Source: Deltaproteobacteria bacterium RIFCSPLOWO2_02_FULL_50_16 (lineage in GTDB: Bacteria; UBA10199; 2-02-FULL-50-16). From it: a stretch of 48,051 nt of DNA. Location of the stretch: contig MGSF01000062.1 of NCBI GenBank assembly GCA_001798715.1, positions 1 through 48,051 on the forward strand. The letters run 5' to 3'. How positions within the stretch are numbered: the stretch's first letter is position 1; each line of letters starts with the position of its first letter. Of this stretch, positions 43,685 to 48,051 are shown piece after piece. The translations under genes and the position numbers were made by a program. The notes beneath the pieces are model-generated. The model ran no database searches. It worked only from the letters and a program-made list of their open reading frames with translations, and was not told where the DNA came from.

Positions 43685-44884
43685 ATGTCTTCTATTCTCA
43701 GATTTTTCGTCCTGCTGATCCTTTTTTTCATATCCCAACAAGGTCTGGCGGATTCGCCCCCCCTGCAATGGGCGCCAGCGGCAGAGCGCTGGCACCCTGG
43801 AGCACCACAGGTGCGATGGGCGCCTCTGGAGGAATATCAGGCCATTGAGAGAGATTTCTTTCTTTTGCAATTTGATCACGCCCGTTCCCAGTTGAATAAA
43901 GTGAAGAGTGAATATCCCCACGATCCCTCGCCGATTTTTTTCGAATCATCCTTGATGGGGTGGGAGTGCCAGATCACACAATGTTCTCCGGAAAAAAGGA
44001 TGAGAATCTTGACATTGTTAGAAGAGGGAGTGGAGCTGGTTCAGACTTTGCACAAGTCCTACAAATCAGATCCTCGTCTTCTGACGTTATCCGGATATCT
44101 TTATATGCGTTTGGCCAATGTTTATGGGGATATTCATCAATGGTTTAAGTCGGTTCGTGCCGCAAAACGGGGGCGATATTATCTGGAACAGGCTATTTGG
44201 AAGGACAATAAAGAAGATTCTCCTTATCTCCCTTTGGGGGCCTTTTATTATTTTGCGGACAATCTTCCCTGGTATGGAAAATCCGTCGGATTTTTCTTGG
44301 GGCTTAATGGAGATCGTCAAAAGGGACTTGAAATGATGAAACGAACCGCCTCGTCTTCGGGGGTCTTTCAAAATGATGCCTTGTTTTTTCTGTCTGTGAT
44401 CTATCTCTCCTTTGAAAAAGAGTACAATGAGGCCTGGAAGTACAATGAAGAATTGAGAAAACGATTTCCCAAACATCCTCAATTTCTCCTGGATCAGGCC
44501 TTTCTTTCTTTTAAATTGGGCAGACGTGAAATGGCCCTTAGGCTTTATGATGAGCTCATTTTATATTGTCACACCCAAAAGGAGATGCCCTGCCATCCTC
44601 ATTATTTATTTCGTTCATGGTTGGGATTGGGTGAAATCGAGATGGAACGAGGGGAGTGGCAAAAGGCCCTCAACCTGTTCGAAAAAGCGACTCCTTATAG
44701 AAAGATCACATTTTATGAGCCTGTGGCTCGCTGGCATTACTTGCGGGGGGAGTGTTATCGTCATTTGGGCAGGGACTCGGAGGCCCTCAAGGCCTATGAG
44801 GAGGCCCTTGTTTTAGAGGAATATATTCCTTCACAGGCCGAGTTGATCCATTATCACATTGAGAAATGGCGGTCAAAAAATTGA
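43685..44884 (+). CDS. Secreted TPR-like repeat protein, function unknown
   Basis: Signal peptide ILRFFVLLILFFISQQGLA. Helical repeats (EEALKAYEEAL, AWKYNEELRKRFP). The ATG is 3 nt after the uvrC stop. Confidence 0.55.
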   Translation: MSSILRFFVLLILFFISQQGLADSPPLQWAPAAERWHPGAPQVRWAPLEEYQAIERDFFLLQFDHARSQLNKVKSEYPHDPSPIFFESSLMGWECQITQCSPEKRMRILTLLEEGVELVQTLHKSYKSDPRLLTLSGYLYMRLANVYGDIHQWFKSVRAAKRGRYYLEQAIWKDNKEDSPYLPLGAFYYFADNLPWYGKSVGFFLGLNGDRQKGLEMMKRTASSSGVFQNDALFFLSVIYLSFEKEYNEAWKYNEELRKRFPKHPQFLLDQAFLSFKLGRREMALRLYDELILYCHTQKEMPCHPHYLFRSWLGLGEIEMERGEWQKALNLFEKATPYRKITFYEPVARWHYLRGECYRHLGRDSEALKAYEEALVLEEYIPSQAELIHYHIEKWRSKN

Positions 44885-45005
44885 CGTTTGACGGATGATT
44901 TTCTGGCGTTTTTTGCAACGCAACGCGACAAGATCCCCTCCCGGAGATGAAAAAATCAAATTATAAATCAATGGGTTGCTGTTAATGCGCGGATGCCTCC
45001 TCATT

Positions 45006-45021
45006 TGGTATCCAGATTGCA
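45006..45021 (+). promoter_or_regulatory. Sigma-54-type -24/-12 promoter (TGGTATCCAGATTGCA)
   Basis: Exact GG-N10-GC spacing with TTGCA at -12. The -12 element is about 26 nt upstream of the ATG at 45046, which has a GGAGG SD. Confidence 0.45.
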
Positions 45022-45045
45022 ATCTCCTAGAAGAGGAGGTGCAAC

Positions 45046-45315
45046 ATGGACCAATTGCAGGGACGCGGAGAGCTGATTTTTCAGATGTTGTCCGATGCCA
45101 TGAATAGCACCATGATGGGGGACAGCGATGCGCCGATGGTGTTGAGTTGTGGCGGCATCTATTTGGGTCACCATCCCAATCTTCCAACCAATCTTCGTGG
45201 ATGGCACCAGATGCTTACTCTTCCTCATCACCACCAGACATTTGCCATTCGTTTGAGACGTCCTACGCCGCTGAAACTCTTTCAGCAGGTCTTGCAAAAA
45301 GAATCACTCAATTGA
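45046..45315 (+). CDS. Hypothetical protein (89 aa)
   Basis: gaggagg SD 6 nt upstream of the ATG. No recognised domain. Competing minus-strand ORFs lack an SD. Confidence 0.4.
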   Translation: MDQLQGRGELIFQMLSDAMNSTMMGDSDAPMVLSCGGIYLGHHPNLPTNLRGWHQMLTLPHHHQTFAIRLRRPTPLKLFQQVLQKESLN

Positions 45316-45334
45316 CGAATAGTGTTGTTAGGCT

Positions 45335-46252
45335 TTAAAGATAGCTGAGCCAGTTTTTATATTTGGCGGTTTTCCCTTTAACGATATCAAAGAATATTTT
45401 TTGAATTTGTTGCGTGATGGGACCGGGCCTGCCCTTGCCGATGGTCCTGTCGTCGACTTCACGAATGGGGGTGATTTCGGCGGCTGTTCCTGTGAGAAAG
45501 ACTTCATCCGCCAAATAAAGCTCGTCACGGGTAAATTTTTCCTCGGTGATATCTATTTTTTGATCCCTCAAGATAGTGGCAACGGAGGCGGCCGTAATGC
45601 CGTTTAAAATGGAGGCCCCGCTGGGAGTCGTCTTGGCCTTGCCATCGTGGACGATGAAGACATTTTCTCCGGTCGCTTCGGCCACATAACCCTCCGTATC
45701 GAGAAAAATGGCCTCGTTATAACCCGCGGCCAGGGCCTCGCGTTTGGCGAGGATAGAATTTAAATATGTGGCGCAGGCCTTGGCCTTGTTCATGGTGGTA
45801 TTGACATGATGGCGACTGAACGAAGAGATTTTTGCGCGGATTCCCTTGGCAAGCCCCTCTTCTCCTAAATAGGTTCCCCAGGGCCAGGCGGCGATGGAAA
45901 CGCGAATGGGATTATCAACGGCAAAAAGGCCCATCTCGCCATCCCCGATAAAGACGAGGGGTCGGATATAACCATGGGCCAGGTTATTGACCCGCATGAC
46001 CTCTTTGCAGGTTTCGAGGATCACCTTCTTATCAAAAGGAATTGTCATGCCCAGGATATGGGCGGAATTGTAGAGACGATTGATATGTTCTTCGAGACGA
46101 AAAATTGCCGATTTTCCACCCTCGCATTCATAACAGCGAATCCCCTCAAAAACCCCCATGCTATAATGCAGGGTATGGGTCAGGACGTGGACCTGTGCCT
46201 TGTCCCAATCGACAAACTTTCCATCCATCCATATCTTTTTTGTTTTGATCAC
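45335..46252 (-). CDS. ilvE: Branched-chain amino acid aminotransferase
   Basis: 305 aa. HTLHYSMGVFEGIRCY, YIRPLVF, NKAKACATYLNSILAKREA (PLP Lys region), TGTAAEITPI. Confidence 0.9.
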   Translation of the reverse strand: MIKTKKIWMDGKFVDWDKAQVHVLTHTLHYSMGVFEGIRCYECEGGKSAIFRLEEHINRLYNSAHILGMTIPFDKKVILETCKEVMRVNNLAHGYIRPLVFIGDGEMGLFAVDNPIRVSIAAWPWGTYLGEEGLAKGIRAKISSFSRHHVNTTMNKAKACATYLNSILAKREALAAGYNEAIFLDTEGYVAEATGENVFIVHDGKAKTTPSGASILNGITAASVATILRDQKIDITEEKFTRDELYLADEVFLTGTAAEITPIREVDDRTIGKGRPGPITQQIQKIFFDIVKGKTAKYKNWLSYL

Positions 46253-46261
46253 AATGGATTC

Positions 46262-47314
46262 CTAAATTTTTTTATCAAAAATTCTCTGAATATTTTCCTT
46301 AAATGGCGCCCTGACCACCCCTTTTTCAGTCACGATAGCCGTGATCAACTCTGCAGGGGTGACATCAAAGGCGGGATTACTTACTTTAATATCTCCCGGA
46401 GACACTTGTTGTCTACCGAAATTTATGACCTCCTCGATAGGGCGTTCTTCAATGGGGATGGCAGGACCATCGGGAGTTTTGATGTCGATGGTGGAGAGTG
46501 GGGCGGCGACGTAAAAAGGGATGTCGTGTCGATGGGCCAATACGGCGACCATGTAAGTTCCGATCTTGTTGGCGACATCACCATTGGCCGCGATACGATC
46601 AGCCCCCACAACAACGCAACTGATACCGCCTTTTTTCATAAAAAAACCGGCCATATTATCCGTGATCAGACGGACGGGGACATGATTCTTTTTCAGTTCC
46701 CACGCCGTGAGTCGGGCCCCTTGAAGAAAGGGACGCGTTTCATCGGCGAAGACCTCTACGATTTTACCCTGCTCATGGGCGGTGTAGATAATCCCCAGGG
46801 CCGTACCGTATCCCCCCGTGGCGAGGGCCCCGGCATTGCAATGGGTGAGGACGGTAGCGCGAGGAGGGAGGAGTTCGGCGCCCCATTTTCCTATCTGTCG
46901 ATTGGTGGCGATGTCCTCTTCGAGAATCGTCGCGGCCTCCATTTTAAGCCTTTGCTGGATTTCGGAAAGGGGGAGGTGACGATTTTTTTGACAAAAACGC
47001 TTCATTCTCTCGGTCGCCCATTTCAGATTGACGGCCGTGGGGCGTGTGGCATCGAGGACATCGCAGATTTTTTCGATCTTTTCAAAAAAATCAGTGAAAT
47101 TTTTGGCGTCAATCCCCAAGGCTCCCAGCGCCACGCCCATGGCCGCTGTAACTCCAATGGCAGGCGCCCCGCGGACCACCATATTTTTTATGGCGCTGGC
47201 GATTTGCTGGTAATCTTCACAGACGACATAGCTTTCTTCCAAAGGCAATTTTCTTTGGTCGATGAGATGGACCTTGTCATTTTTCCATTCGATGGTTTTG
47301 AAAGATTGGAACAT
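46262..47314 (-). CDS. mtnA: S-methyl-5-thioribose-1-phosphate isomerase (eIF-2B alpha/beta/delta family)
   Basis: 350 aa. [65 protein letters not shown]. Confidence 0.9.
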   Translation of the reverse strand: MFQSFKTIEWKNDKVHLIDQRKLPLEESYVVCEDYQQIASAIKNMVVRGAPAIGVTAAMGVALGALGIDAKNFTDFFEKIEKICDVLDATRPTAVNLKWATERMKRFCQKNRHLPLSEIQQRLKMEAATILEEDIATNRQIGKWGAELLPPRATVLTHCNAGALATGGYGTALGIIYTAHEQGKIVEVFADETRPFLQGARLTAWELKKNHVPVRLITDNMAGFFMKKGGISCVVVGADRIAANGDVANKIGTYMVAVLAHRHDIPFYVAAPLSTIDIKTPDGPAIPIEERPIEEVINFGRQQVSPGDIKVSNPAFDVTPAELITAIVTEKGVVRAPFKENIQRIFDKKI

Positions 47315-47324
47315 TACGTTTCCT

Positions 47325-48051
47325 TTATTTCAATTTTTTCGCAATAAGTTCATTCAATAACTTTGGATTGGCCTTCCCCTTACTTGCCTTCATGATCTGA
47401 CCCACAAAAAAACCCATCAATTTTCCGTCACCTTTTTTTAGCCTCTCAAATTCATCCGGGTGATTTTTGAGGACCTCATTAATGAGGAGCTCCAAGGAAT
47501 CTGTGTCGGATACCTGGGCGAGGCCAAGATCCTGGACGATTTTTTCAGGGTCTTCTCCACTCTCCATCATTTTTGAAAAGACCTCTTTGCCGGCATTGGT
47601 GCTGATCGTCCCCTGGTTGATGATTTGAAGAAGTTTTGTGAAAAGTTTGGTGTCTATTTTTGATTGATGGATTTCGATATCCCTGTTTTTGAGCTCCCTT
47701 AAAAGCTCCGTCATGATCCAGTTGCTGATTTTTTTCGGTTCGTTATAAAGGCGGACGCAGGCCTCAAAAAAATCGGCCAGCGATTGGCTCTGGATCAGCA
47801 AGGAGGCATCGTATTCGGGGAGCTTGTATTGATTCATAAAACGGGTTTGTTTGACCGCAGGCAGTTCTGGCAGACAGCCCCTGATCTTGTTGATCCATTC
47901 ATCATCCACGATGAGGGGAAGAAGGTCGGGATCGGGAAAGTAGCGATAATCATGGGCCTCTTCCTTGCCGCGCATAGATTCTGTTATGTTTTTTTCACTA
48001 TTCCAGAGTCTTGTTTCTTGAATGACCTTTTGACCCTCCCGAATCCGGGTG
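47325..48051 (-). CDS. gatB: Asp/Glu-tRNA(Asn/Gln) amidotransferase subunit B, 3' part (gene continues beyond the window)
   Basis: The frame stays open to the window edge (...[35 protein letters not shown]), followed by a C-terminal GatB/YqeY domain. Confidence 0.9.
   Translation of the reverse strand, partial: TRIREGQKVIQETRLWNSEKNITESMRGKEEAHDYRYFPDPDLLPLIVDDEWINKIRGCLPELPAVKQTRFMNQYKLPEYDASLLIQSQSLADFFEACVRLYNEPKKISNWIMTELLRELKNRDIEIHQSKIDTKLFTKLLQIINQGTISTNAGKEVFSKMMESGEDPEKIVQDLGLAQVSDTDSLELLINEVLKNHPDEFERLKKGDGKLMGFFVGQIMKASKGKANPKLLNELIAKKLK

Noticed and set aside
45974-47347. 457-aa ORF on the + strand
   Set aside because: It is entirely antisense to ilvE and mtnA, both of which have unmistakable signatures. 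Its translation is low-complexity (G/D/F-rich) with no motif and no SD.

Overview
A 48 kb chromosomal segment of an unidentified diderm-type bacterium, mid-40s % GC by eye and densely coding. Most of it is housekeeping. Recognised genes are htrA, coaC/coaB, efp, queA, fumC, rlmE, tRNA-Phe, carD, ispD-ispF-cysS, uvrB, folC, rph, uvrC, ilvE, mtnA and gatB. They are interleaved with envelope and lipid genes: a PAP2-like protein, a Zn phospholipase C-like protein, a UPF0104 membrane protein, an AmgK/MurU-like pair, hotdog thioesterases and a START-like lipoprotein. There are no rRNA genes, CRISPR arrays, transposases or phage genes. Seven things stand out. (1) An operon of a divergent lysine-5,6-aminomutase-like alpha/beta pair, whose beta subunit lacks the DxHxxG histidine, plus a DAGK-fold kinase. 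(2) A 663-aa radical SAM enzyme of the zinc-ribbon / C-terminal FCxYN type (Tes / GDGT-MAS / MJ0619-like). It sits next to a TetR-controlled START / hotdog / Nfu_N operon. (3) Four canonical -24/-12 (sigma-54-type) promoters, each placed in front of small orphan proteins. (4) Three structured non-coding elements: a 152-bp element with 22-bp perfect terminal inverted repeats, a roughly 195-bp multi-hairpin intercistronic element, and a 38-bp exact repeat shared by two distant loci. (5) A GC-rich 66-bp in-frame insertion in uvrC flanked by imperfect direct repeats. (6) A coaC/coaB split located exactly at an A8 homopolymer. (7) Clear operator palindromes for the Rrf2 and TetR regulators. All protein calls rest on motif recognition by eye and need HMM or BLAST confirmation.
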